A stretch of 64,000 nucleotides of DNA, from the NCBI RefSeq assembly GCF_002571385.2, contig NW_019217790.1, forward strand, positions 202,561-266,560, in the 5' to 3' direction. Below are positions 24,737-37,400 of the stretch, one piece after another. This DNA comes from Stylophora pistillata. Lineage: Eukaryota. A model generated the notes under the pieces. The model had not been told where the DNA came from and did not search any database. It saw nothing but the letters and a program-made list of their open reading frames with translations. Within the stretch, counting starts at the first letter, position 1. Each line of letters starts with the position of its first letter. The translations under genes and the position numbers were made by a program.

Positions 24737-25744
24737 TTACTGAGTTGGCAAAGAAAGTCTGTAGTGCATATCTTGTCCGCTGTTAGCAGAAGTTGTAACA
24801 TTCCGCGTAGTGAAGCTATCAGTCTGACGTGTCATTCTGCCATTCAGACCGATTCTCCTTAACACATCTTTGAAGGCTGCCCTGAAGTTTGTGTTCAAAC
24901 AGCTGTATATAAGCGGGTTCAGAGCCGAATTACCGTAGTGTAACCATTTAATCATGGAATAAACTTCATTGGGAACTTTGCATAACTTACAGTACCTAAA
25001 GATCAAATTAGCCACGAAAAACGGACACCAGCATGCAATGAAAACACCGATTACAATGCTGAGTGTTCGCGCAGCCTTGATGTCACGATGGAATCTTTCC
25101 GCTGTTGTGCGACCAGTTATCGATTGGTTCGGGTGCACACGACGAATGCTACGAGTATGCATTAAAGCGACTTGGAATATACGAGAATATGCGATTACCA
25201 TGACCAACAGAGGAACGAAGAAAGAAGCCAGAGAAACGAACAACGGGTAGCTAGGCCATTTGATTGGTTGTATGGCTGCAATTGTTATAGAATAAATCCA
25301 AATGAAGGTTATTCCGATCGCGATTCGGAGTCGTGTGACTATTGTTGGATAACGAAGTGGATGATTTACAGCCAGAAAGCGGTCGATACTTATAAAGACA
25401 AGATTCATGATGGACGCCGTTCCACAGATGATGTCAAAACACAGCCAAACCGTGTAGAACGTAGGGAAGTTAGTGACGTCTGGTTTGCCTGTCAGGTTAA
25501 CAGAAAGCCAAACTGGCATAGATATTGCGCCAACTAAAATATCAGTAACCGCTAAACTGATTATAAAGGCACTGGTGAAACTTTGAAGTCGTTTAGACAA
25601 GATACAGGCCAAACAAACCAGAATGTTACCAAACACAGCGAAAAGTATTATTATTACCAGGAACACATTCGCCACAATCAAGGAAACTTTGCGTTTGTCG
25701 GTGGTAACTTCATGGGTTGAGTTTGAACCTTGTGTTTCATTCAT
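24737..25744 (-). CDS. Class A GPCR, aminergic-receptor-like, intronless CDS (likely start MNETQ at 25744)
   Basis: GNILV, LAVTD, TM3 Asp (CFDIICGT), DRF, KAARTLSIV, CWCP and NPLIY. A TTTTCAG acceptor lies 3 nt before the ATG at 25744, so the upstream part of the listed ORF is probably intronic. Confidence 0.93.
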   Translation of the reverse strand: MNETQGSNSTHEVTTDKRKVSLIVANVFLVIIILFAVFGNILVCLACILSKRLQSFTSAFIISLAVTDILVGAISMPVWLSVNLTGKPDVTNFPTFYTVWLCFDIICGTASIMNLVFISIDRFLAVNHPLRYPTIVTRLRIAIGITFIWIYSITIAAIQPIKWPSYPLFVSLASFFVPLLVMVIAYSRIFQVALMHTRSIRRVHPNQSITGRTTAERFHRDIKAARTLSIVIGVFIACWCPFFVANLIFRYCKLCKVPNEVYSMIKWLHYGNSALNPLIYSCLNTNFRAAFKDVLRRIGLNGRMTRQTDSFTTRNVTTSANSGQDMHYRLSLPTQ

Positions 25745-25893
25745 GGCCTGAAAACACTCTTCACGAGCTGTTCCCTGTAATGTGGATAGTTGAATGATTA
25801 GAATATACATAGGAGTTGTACTGTTAGTCGTTATATATGTGTGTGGCAGTACCCCTAGGCAATACGAAGAGAAACCTGTGGTCTGATTGGTTA

Positions 25894-26146
25894 TAATTTG
25901 GATATATCAACAAAGTTGAAATGGTAAATTGGCCACCGTAACGATTACAAAAGCTGACGTTTCGAGCGTTAGCCCTTCGTCGGAGCGAATCGCTCCGACC
26001 AAGGGCTAACGCTCGAAACGTCAGCTTTTGTAATCGTTACGGTGGCCAATTTACCATTTCAACTTTGTTGATATATCCAAATTATTTCGTTACCCCCGCC
26101 GACGCAGCCCCAAACAGTTTCTTTAGAAGCTATCAGCCTTTATTCT
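25894..26146 (+). mobile_element. Young fold-back hammerhead-bearing element (family B) with a 12-bp TSD
   Basis: Palindrome 25893-26085 has 96-bp arms with one mismatch. Each arm has GCT-CCGAC(G/C)A-A-GGGC-taac-GCTC-GAAA-CGTC-AGC. TSD TCTGATTGGTTA at 25882-25893 and 26147-26158. Confidence 0.85.
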
Positions 26147-29100
26147 TCTGATTGGTTACCCGAGCGGGCAAGATGGTCCCATCTTGCCCACTCGTCTCAT
26201 GTCATTTCGTGTCATTCGCGAGCAAGAACTGAATCTGGTGTTGTTCAAAGTTTTTTGACAAAGTAAAGAAAAAGTATCAAATCACTTTACTTTCAATTCA
26301 ATTACCAATTCGTCAAATAAAAAACGAGTACGCACCATCACTGTTGGATTTCTTTTTCTGCGCTCGAAAATAAAAAAAGTCATTCTGATTCTCTGGCATT
26401 GCCTTGTGTGTGACAGGCTGTCAGAATTATAGGTTCATTGAGATGCACAAGCTTACGTCGTTCCTTTTAGCTAATACTCTCTCACAGACAAGCCAAGAAA
26501 AGGACCGCGTTTCCTCAAAAGAAGAGGTAAAGCAGATAGGAAGATAAAAAGAAGTCGTTTATTTGAGATATAAGAAAAATTGAAATGGAGTAAACAAAGT
26601 ATCATCTTTCTTTGTAAGTGCAGGGTGTACGAACACTAACCGCCAAGGGTCTTGTGGGTGGATTTCTATTAAATGTTACACTGGTAGCACAGAAATAATA
26701 GTCCTAGCTCCATTCAGTTTCCAGTTTAACCCCAATTTAGAGAAATCCCGTGAAGAGGAAAAACGGGAAAGTGCGCGTAATATCGTCTCATCAATACTGA
26801 GGTTGACCAGTTTCTACTTCTGCATATCAAGTGAAGTTGAACTAAACAAGTTCTTGAAACTTGTATGAATTTATTATGAATTCGCCTGCTTCTTCAGTCA
26901 ACCTTATGGGGGATCTCTCCTCCACACTCGCTCTGAAATGTTTCATTTGGCTGACCTCGATCACCTCTTAGGAAGTCATACCAAAAACTTGAACGTTCAA
27001 CTCTTATGTTGAACTGTCTACAATTGAAAAAAAAAAAAAAAACAATTTGTGCAGTTTTCCTTTCTTGAAGAGTAAGCTGGCAAACTTCACGCGTCAGGTA
27101 TTTTAAAGAATCTTTTCAGCGCTTATTTGCCTTGCTCATTGTACCGGTTTCTATAGATGTCTATATTTGGTATCAGATCCAAAACCACTATGATTTTGAG
27201 ACCTTGAAACAATAACATTTTTACTTTGTTTCAACTAAAATTACTCTTACCTCCAATGTGTGATGGAAAGAGCTCTGTACAAAAGCTAAGTCAGATTTTG
27301 TCATCTGAAAATTCTGATTGCATGTTCCTTTAGGTCCCAAAAATGTCTTGGTCCCCGCTGTGGGTGTTAACCTGTCTCTATAGACAAGAAGGACATTGAC
27401 CAGTTCAGAGACGAGTTTGTGTGAATGCTTTGTTCACAGGACCCGTCAGATCGCAAAGAGAACCAAGCGTTTTAAAATGATTAATTCTGAAATTTGATCC
27501 TAAGAACTGGAATGCTTTACGCACCTGTATGTAAAGAGTTGGCAAGAAGTACACCAAAGTGCTTTAATTATTCGTTATCGTCGATCTCTTAAAGGATGCT
27601 TACAATTTTTTCAATCTTTATTTCGTTTTACGCCAGAATATTTCTCCGACGCAACGATCAGATAACGTCATAAAGAAGTGCTTTGAAATCCATTTGATGT
27701 GATAATTCCAGTGTTATCTCCCGCTGTGCGGGCGATTGCATCGCTAGGTAAGAGCTGTAGAGGGGTGCTCCGAGAGTGACATAAATCTGATCCATTTTTG
27801 TTGTCCTCGTTTGAAAACATTTTAAATTCAGTAACAGCACATGGACCTAAAGGAAGAATTACTATAAGAGACTTCCATAAATTAGCAACCTCTTTCATGA
27901 ACTATTTAAGTAACAAATTTGACTTCACAAATTGACTAATGTGTTGGAATAGCTTCGTAAAAAATGTCAGAGATAACCATTAAGAGATGAGATTTGAAAA
28001 ACTTATGTCGATTTTGAAACTTCTTTAAACGAAGGACAATTTCCTTTATTGTCCTGGTACATCCTTTGAAATTAAAAGTGCAAGAGGTATTTCCGGCATT
28101 TAAATCTAAAACGCCAAAATAAACAGCAACGGGGAAATTAAAAGAACCGGATAACTAAGAAAAGTCAACATGCAATCCCTTGTACAATTAATATAGTATT
28201 TGGAGACATGAATAAGGCGCCATTGGATTGGGGGTTTGACGGGTTCTTAATTCTGGTAGAATTTTTACTGAATTTTAACAAAATCAAGTTGTTCTGGCAT
28301 TTGTGTTCCTTGTTGTAGAACCTCTCACAATATTCCCGGTCTTTCAGCCTTATTCAATTTGTTCGCATCAATTTGTTTGACAGTCATGTTGATAACAATG
28401 ATCTCCTTTCCGCTTTAAATGTCTGAGCAAATAACGTTAACAATCTTATTGCGAAAGGGTTCGGGTTTGGAGAGGTCTGAAAATGGTTTAATCTGTGACA
28501 AAGAATTTAAAAAAAGCAGCGATTCCATTGACCTTACCTACATGGGTTGCAAATAACGTCCATTCTGTGGTTTTTATAACAATCACTTTTTCAAAGTACG
28601 AATGCAAAGTGCAAGAAATATGGCAATAATGATAATAATCAGACCGGCAAAACAATACTTTTATACCTTTTAAACCTTTTAAACCTTTTAAACCTGGTGT
28701 TCGAAATGAAAGGCTTCTACTCTAGAACACATTTGATCGTCTTTGATGTTGTAACTTAAAAGTAATCAATAGTCGTGTAAAAGCCCACCTCAGTCAGCTT
28801 CCCTGATGCAAACCTAAAAAACTGTCCACTACACAGAGTTAAATGTAGAAATATCAATTTAACTTTGTCAGATTCTGTCCACCTTCGTATCATACTTCAC
28901 AGCATAGTGGCGCCCGTCCAAAGATAACTGAGCATAATAAATGCACGTTCGTTTTTTAAATGTCTACATTGCCTGAACCTTAAAAATCAAAAATGCAACT
29001 TTTCTAGGGAAAGAATTGAAGGGTTTGCTAATTCTTAAGTTATTTCAAGCCCCATTAGAAACGGGAAGATTTTGATCTAAAAGCCCGGCGGAAGGTTCTT

Positions 29101-32100
29101 GTCCGGTGTGATGCTGGATAGTGTAGCTAAATAAAAAAGCATGCAAATTAACAATATTACACCAAAATTATTCTCAGTTTTTGAAACGATGCAAAAAGGG
29201 TGAATCAGCTAAAGGTATAACACTACAACAACGGTTGAAAACAATGATTTGAACGACAACAACAACTACAACATTAACAACAACACCCACAAAAGCAATA
29301 TGATCATTGTAAATTTTAACACTGAAGCACATTCTAAAACCCTAAAGAATCACCGAAAATGAACCGTAGTGTTCCAGTGATTCCCCCTGTGCGGTTTCCC
29401 AGCAAAACCAGCAAGCAGAGTCAACTGAATGAGAAACCTATTATCACGTTGGGTGGAAACTACTCAGCTTTTTTATGGGTATTGTTCTTAGTTTGGCAAA
29501 GTGGCGGGCAAATAGTGTCCTGAGTCCAACAGGATTTGATCAATTATCAAAACAAAGGAAGGGACAATCCCAAGGAAGAAGAGAAATACAGCTCTGTTGG
29601 AATTTAGAACCGAGAGTGTCTACAAGTAGTGAAAACGCTCGTCTTTCATCAAAATTGTTTTAAAGGCTGTTCCCGAACATAGCAGTTTATACTTAACACA
29701 AAACATATTGGTACACTGATGTAAATACGGAACAAGTTAGCATCTAAATCCACAGTGAGCTGAACTCAAACAGAAAATGATAGACTGGTTCTTTATTTTT
29801 TGAGTTACAGATATTGGACCTTTGAAATAAACCACTTACACAATTGACTGCATGGATACCATTTGACGGTGGCAGTTGATAAATGAAATAAGTACGTGAC
29901 GGTTACCAGGTATATTTCCTCCACGTACAGAATATCTCATTTATCTGATAAGAATACTGGAAAATACGTTGAGGATGACGAACACCCAAAACTCAATTTT
30001 TGCCGTCTGATCTTAGGAAGGATGCAGTCAACATCCGGAGAATCCTGGGAACTAGTTAGGATGAGTTATCGGGAGGGTTTTCGCTGGTATCTTGAATCTA
30101 CCAAGATTAGCGAAAGAAGAGGCAATTAAGTTAGGTTGAAAAACAGACAAGCACATAAAAAAATAGCTACGCGTCTATAACCAGTGAAATACTGAAATTG
30201 CCCTCAATCTTAACCACTAATATCAATACACTGCCATCTGAAGCCTTTGTGTCGTTTGCATATTGTCTGACTCAGGAAAAAATCTAATCAAATCAAAAAC
30301 TATTTTTTGAAATGCATGCATAGAGTTGGCTTCTCTGAATAACAATCGGCGAAATAATACGCGTAGACTCACGAGATGTAAAATTAAGCTAAATATATTT
30401 TCTGTTCAGTTTTGTAACGACTGAGGTCTATTAATTGAGGGCATTTGCCTACCACTCAGCGTAAAATTCTAGACTGATGTAATATAGCATATCACATATT
30501 ACAGGTGAAAATAGCACATAACCTTCAGGCATCTTTCATTGAGTAATAATTCATAATTCTCATAACCTTCTGTTTGATTAACTGGCTTGTAATACAGCTG
30601 CAATTGACAAACTATGGCCAGTGTTATTTTGTAATGGGGACTTTGCGGTATTACTCAAACGGGAAAAACATTTTCTAGCTACGTCGAGGCTCTAAAGCTC
30701 TCCATTAAAACATGTCCGAGGTAGGTACAAAATACATGTATATCAGTCTTTTCACCTGAGGAAGGATCCAGCTTGCTTTTTCGTTTACTTATTAGTCACA
30801 AAATCACGTCAAGAAAACGGAGTTCAAAATTCATGGCGCGCCGGAGAAATGTGAAAACCTGCGTGTAAATCAATATTGTAGAATTATATTCCATAGTTAA
30901 GGCAGATGGTTACACTTAAAATCGTTCCTGCGGAGATCATTAATTTTATTTTGAAAGGTTCGAAACTTTGCATTTTAAAAAGACAACAATTGACTCAATA
31001 GATATCTAGCCGCACCATTCGACACTTCAAATTTTCTGTTTTTTTCGATTTTCCATTCGATATGAAACGAAATAATGCAATGATATGCATGGTCGGTAGT
31101 TTACCACGGATTTCCACAACATCATTTTCCGGTATGCAAAATTGACAATTCGTGACGAAAATTCAACTGGTGAGTGTTACTTTCAAAACATCGTGAATGT
31201 CAAATTCAGTTTCATACATTTTCAAGACAGGTCTCTAAAGAATTGTTAGTGGTATAATCTTGCTAGAAAATTATTGTTATCGTGCGGCAAGAATTATTGC
31301 GTTATCTTCAAACCACAATCTCTCCTGCCGATAATTCTCGTCAGGATTTCATGGAATATTCAAGACAAGCTTAAGGCCCGTATGCATATTTAACAAACTG
31401 GCATGATTTTGGAGTATTTTACTTGAAAACTTGCCGAAGATATATTTTTACAATCAGTCGTAGGAAAGAAAAATATATTGTTTACCATTCATCGTTTAAA
31501 AAAGACATTTTAAATATTTGTCGATTGGAAATGGGCTTCTTAATTCATGAGATCACATTTTTGTGTAAACAATTTTTTTGTTTTTCCAAGCTTCCTTCGC
31601 CAAACTATAAATAATTCATGGTTCTCGTTCTGATTTTGATGTCTACGAGGGAGATAGGCCCACAGGGACGTAAATCACTTGATTTGGGTGTTACCTTGGT
31701 AACGATGACGTATTATGACGCGCACTGCCTTTGAATGGCGAAAGCAAACCTTGTTTCACGGCCAACAACGGCTATAAGGGTCGACACAATATCAAACAAA
31801 TGATAGGGCATAGAAAAGAAAAGAAAGGAAAAACCTCCATAACCTAATGCAGCCGCGGTCAAGAGGTATATTTCTTATGAATTAACTGTCGCTTCTATTC
31901 CCATTGCTGTAGGATTATTTCAAAACAGCCCCGCGCTTCTTTTCTGTTCACTTGACATCTAAAGATGTAATATTGAAATGAAGCATTGTCCTCACGTCGC
32001 TTTTAACGAATGAAAATTGGGCATTGAAATGTTCATTTATTCAAACCGTCGATTACAATCATCGGAGGGAATTTCAATTAGTTCTCATTTCGATTTTTCC

Positions 32101-32753
32101 AGTTTTCGATGCAGCTTTCACGACCCAGTACTGTTGTTAGCGCCGTCGAGGACGAAAGTTTCCCAAGTAGGAGAGAATTTTCACCAGACGTATGTAACTT
32201 CCGGATATTTTAACTTAAGAAATATTGTTGAAAACCATAGATTGATTTTTCTGACAGATTAATTTCTCTGCAGGGAGCTGACAAGAAATGAATTTCCGTA
32301 AAAAGCGTAAACATGTATAGATGTTTGGGTTTTAACTGATCTTCATTTTTTGCACTTCGAAAAAACTCCTCGTTAAGTGTCAAGCACCGCCTCTGACAAA
32401 CCTATTTACAAGATTTATACTGCCTGTGAGTTTTTCCTTCGTGTTCAGTGAACGTAGATAAACTTGAATTCAACAATTTAATTTCTCAAGCAATATAGAT
32501 AAAATTTTTCATAAAGAAACGAGGAAATAGGGGAGAAATAAAAATTAAATGTGAGATAAAAACTTGACCCTACTTCGCTTGCGTAATCAGAAACAATTTT
32601 GCTTAAATTCTTAGAGATTGTTACGATTTGTTGTTTTTCATTCCACGGGCTAAACTACTTTTAACTAAATTTTTGTTAATATTTCATGAAAAAATTAAAT
32701 CATCTTTAGCTAACCCATGTCCGTTTGTCTCATCCAATTTTCAGTTCCCGACA

Positions 32754-34446
32754 ATGAGTTGGTGTAGAGGAAGAAGGACGTTTTCATCGAGACCACCGCT
32801 TCAAAAATGTCTGATCTTGTGCTGTCGTATTTTGGTGATATCACTGTTGGTTGGTTGCGGTTTAATTTTGAGAGCAGCAGCCGACGGCTTGGAATTGACA
32901 GACGGTAAGTATTACGGCTCTTTTTGTCGTCGTTCTAACAATAAAATCATTATATTTTAATCTCGTTCGTCGTTTATCGGTCTTCGGTTTATGGTACATC
33001 TAGAAAAGAGTAAGTAATGTAAAAATGCGGGATTAAGAGCGGCAAATCTCAATTCTCTCGTTTGTCTTCAGCCAATTTTCATGAAATATTAAGTTTTGAT
33101 GTAAGAAATGTTTTTAAAATCCTCAGTATTCTCTTGCAACCTTGGCTTTAAAGGAGTATAAAGATTCACTAATGCGAATTTTTAAAGAATGCTTTGTTTA
33201 AATCAATGTTTTATTACAGTTTGCACTGCTCGGACCGGAACCTTGCCAATTTATAGCAAACAAACCAAAAATATACCACACCGTCAGTCTTATCAATTTG
33301 TATTTCGAGGACAAGTTACCGGTGTAGGTGAGAAAAAAGAAGGTAAAAAAAAAAGGAAACTCTTCCTTCCCTTTGTCAACAAACATTCTCTCCAAATCTG
33401 GTTAAAAACAAATTTTATCGATGCCCGAGGATCTCATCCAAATTTGCTAATGCCGTCACAAACGCTGCAGAAAATATACATCGAACTGGAATCTATAGCG
33501 AGTGGAAATTATACAGCTGAAGTACATCGTGACAGTTATTGAGATATTTTTTTCCACAAAGAACTAATAATTATGTGTGGTAACTCCTATTCTCGCTTGC
33601 AGAAAGTAGTGATTATTATTGTAATACAAAGACCCTCGAAATGGCTTGTAAGTGAGAACAAGAAATTTATTTGCGTTTTGTTGATAGCCGCACAATGCAG
33701 ACAAGTGTTAAAGTTTGTTTCCTTTCAGTAATTGCATTGACAGACATTTCAGGGTAGTTTTACTGTGTTTGTTTCATGTTCAACAGTGGAGGAAAACGAT
33801 GAGATGAAAATTAATCAACAAAGCCGACCAGCGTGCAGCATGCTGAACAAAATATAAAAGTAACGGTCCTTTGAAAATGCAAGCCGTTTGCATTGGAAAG
33901 TTTTTCAAATATGGCTAAGAAAACTTCAATTTGTGTCGTGTCTTATTTGTAAATCTAAGAAATGTTTTTTTGCTTGTTTATCTAATTGAGTTGCTACTTT
34001 CCCGGCCTAAATTGTCAACACAGTTAAAAGCATGTTCTGGCTTCTGCTTCTTTGTGCATAACATGTTTTAAATGTGAGTGGGAAAATGCAGTGCACCTGG
34101 TGTTTATCGCCAGAAACAAACAAAATGATTAGCTGATTTACTTTTAAAAATACATTTTAAAACGTTTTGTAGCAAATTTGCCGTTAGGCAGGATGAAACA
34201 ATGAATTCATCTTAAGGGTGCACGCTTCATTCAACAGAAGACAATTTGCAGTTTTAATATAAAACCCCTTGCCGCGGGTTAATCCTGTTATTTATTAATT
34301 TTTTTTTTATTTTTTATTTAAACAAAAGGAAGCGTCGAAGGTTATCCCTATCGAGGACGCTCCCTACATAAAATATAATATATTTTAGTTACAATGTAAA
34401 ATTTAAGAGTCATTAAGAAATAGGTTAAAAATATATATATATATAC

Positions 34447-34477
<31 letters not shown>

Positions 34478-37400
34478 CGTGTACATATTTTACGAAATTT
34501 TAAAATACTTTCTAAGTTTCCTACGAAAAATGTTAAAATCCTCTTCGTGCACTATCTCTTTAGGAAGAGGCATTCCACGGTTTCACAACTTTAAAAAAGA
34601 ATGAGTCCAAAAAACAGTTTACTCTAGCTAATGGCTTGTCTCAATTCTTACAACTGAGAACGAATTTTCATATTCTATTCTCCATTTCTCATACAGGACA
34701 ACAATCACTGGCGAGGTGTTAACTATTGTCTTTGCAAAAGACCTCTCACTTGTTAATAAAATGCAAATCTTTTGCCCTTGCCATAAAACAAAAATTGCAC
34801 GAAAAGAAAAAGGGCTTTCCCGAAAGTAAAACCAATAAGGGCTTTCCTTTTCGCCAAAAGGAATTTGATGCCCCAAAGAACAAAGAAAAATGAAATAGAA
34901 TGTTCTTGCCAGCTACAACTTTACAAAAATTAGAAGAGTCTATTCAATTATCCTTCACCCAAACGTTTAGAATTTCGTATCACCTGAGACTCTTATTTTC
35001 CGATAGCGACTTGTAAAAATACTGCTAATTGCATTTTTCAACTGCATCACCTAAACAAAAGACCTATTGTTCGGTAACACTACTTACTCTGATCCTGATT
35101 GAACACAGATTAATTGAGTATCTGACACAAGGCAACAATTATGCTTTAAACGTCGAGATTCACTTTACAGTAAACATCACATTTTGTTAGGGTCAAAAAA
35201 AGAAACACATAAAGTACAATTTGGTACTTGTACTTATAATTTTCTGCTTTTTTCAAACAATCAAGTGATTTTGTCATTAATTGAATAAACGGGAAGAGCA
35301 AACACTTTTTCTTGCTTTGGTGTTAGGCAATGACAGGACTTTAAATTGCAGAAGGAAACAGAGTTCATTGTAAGTTGAGTGAGACGGATAAATTGCAACA
35401 GCCGGGGATACAATTAACTAGTCAAGGTTCTCAAACTGTTTTTAGTAATGTTATCAAATTAAAAAGCAAAAACAGAAGAGATGAACAGTTCTATGTAAGA
35501 TACAAGGACAAACGTAAGGAAAATCATAAGCAGAAGCTGGAGTGCGAGCTCCAGATTGTTATCGAGACTCCTACTCTCTGCTGATTAGCAATCGAGTGGG
35601 CTGATTAGCAAGCGATAAAATCAACATGCAGAGCTCGACACTAACGGTAGCCCACTAACCTCAGACTGGTAGAAATTCAGTTTTGGCTAGTGGTTTTCAA
35701 TTTCCACTAGCCAGTTTGGCTAGTAAATAAACTGAAATTGTCATAAAATCTAAGACGTCACTAGCCACTTGGCTAGTAAGTTGAAAAGTTAGTGTCGAGC
35801 CCTGAACATGACTTCTTAAGAGCACTTAAAATTGTATATTAAAACTAACTCCCACTCAAACCCACGTAAAGAAAAGAACTTCATTTTATTTTTACACAAA
35901 CCCATCTTTCTTTCCTTTTTTTTTTTTTCAGTGCCTTTCCTTCTGTTCCTTACTTTGTTTTCTATTATTGTTCTTCAATGGAGAAAAAGTAAAGAAAGTG
36001 TCCAAGAAGTCTTTATTGCGGCTTAAAAGTATCTCTCTTAAATCAGAAGACTGGTTCGATCCAGTGCGCAATGTTAATGAAAACACGAGACAAAAACATT
36101 CCCCAATGAGACCTGTAAGCGATGGTTTGATTAGGGCCGGAAAAAGGCTGGGCAGCGCTGCGAGGAAGTGGAAAGAATGAAGGAAGAAAGATGGAGGCGG
36201 CAGTCAAATGATAAAATGCTTATTGACTGAATTAGGTTGAGCCACACGGGAAAATATTTGGCTCTCGGTCATGACACTGGGACCTCACTGAGCTATGAGT
36301 CAAATATTTACCCGTCCGCCTCTCCCACTCAGTCAATAGATACATGATTCCTTTGTAATCATTTTGTAGGATCAGTTTTCCAATCAAGACATCTGCTATC
36401 AAGTGTCGAGTGGGAAACTTGCAACTTTGAAATCGGTCATTCGAGAAATTATTCAGCTCGGGAAACATGGTGGGCTCCCGATGAAGCATATGGCTGGCTG
36501 GCGTTGCATATATTTAGTGTTCTTGTCATTTTTGTAGGTAAAGTATGAGTCTGTTTATTGATGTCCGTCCTCTCATTATATATGCACTGGCCTTCACCTC
36601 GGTTGTTTGTTGGAGGAAGCATTTCCAGTGATAGAAAAGTGCCACTGGAAAATTTTCTTCCGAAATGTGAGATTTTTGAAATTAGACAACAGTTAATTTA
36701 TCAGCTATCTTACCTTTAGATCCATTGCACTTTTATCTCGTAGCTTTATTCACTTTGCACAAAATCGTTATGATAGAAAATAAGTGTTGTTTAATTTTAC
36801 TTTCTATAGCGCTTGCTATCGTTTGCGATGACTTTTTTGTGCCATCCCTTGAGGCAATATCTGAGAAACTGGATCTTTCAGAGGATGTGGCAGGTGCAAC
36901 CTTCATGGCTGCAGGTTCTTCTGCTCCGGAGCTATTCACCTCTGTCGCGGGAGTAACCGTAGAGAGCGATGTCGGAATCGGAACAATAGTAGGGTTAGAG
37001 TAATCTTCCGTACTTTTCTGCCATAAATATGCTCGATCACTCAATTTATGAAATACAGTGTTATACATGGACTACCTGATGACACCACTGGTGAAATTCC
37101 CTCTTCTGTTTTAGGAGTGCGGTATTCAACCTTCTTGTAATCATTGCTCTGACTGCGGCCTTGGCAGGACAGGTGTGCTTAGGTTATTGATCTTTGATAT
37201 AATTGTTCCGGTGATAACAGAGATGCGTGCACTTTGATTGGTCGAGGACTACGTCATATCTCGCTATAATTACCTTGCACGAGGTGATTTTAGTAAGGGT
37301 GCTAACTTTCAAAATGACTGCCCAGCGTTTTGTCAATGTTACCAAGGAAGTGGTAAACGTTATAGTAGAAAATTCCAATAATGCTGTTTAGGTAAAACAT

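Noticed and set aside
26200-32700. Short ORFs in the GPCR-NCKX intergenic region
   Set aside because: No recognisable motifs and lengths expected by chance. The region probably holds 5' UTR exons and regulatory DNA that cannot be delimited here.
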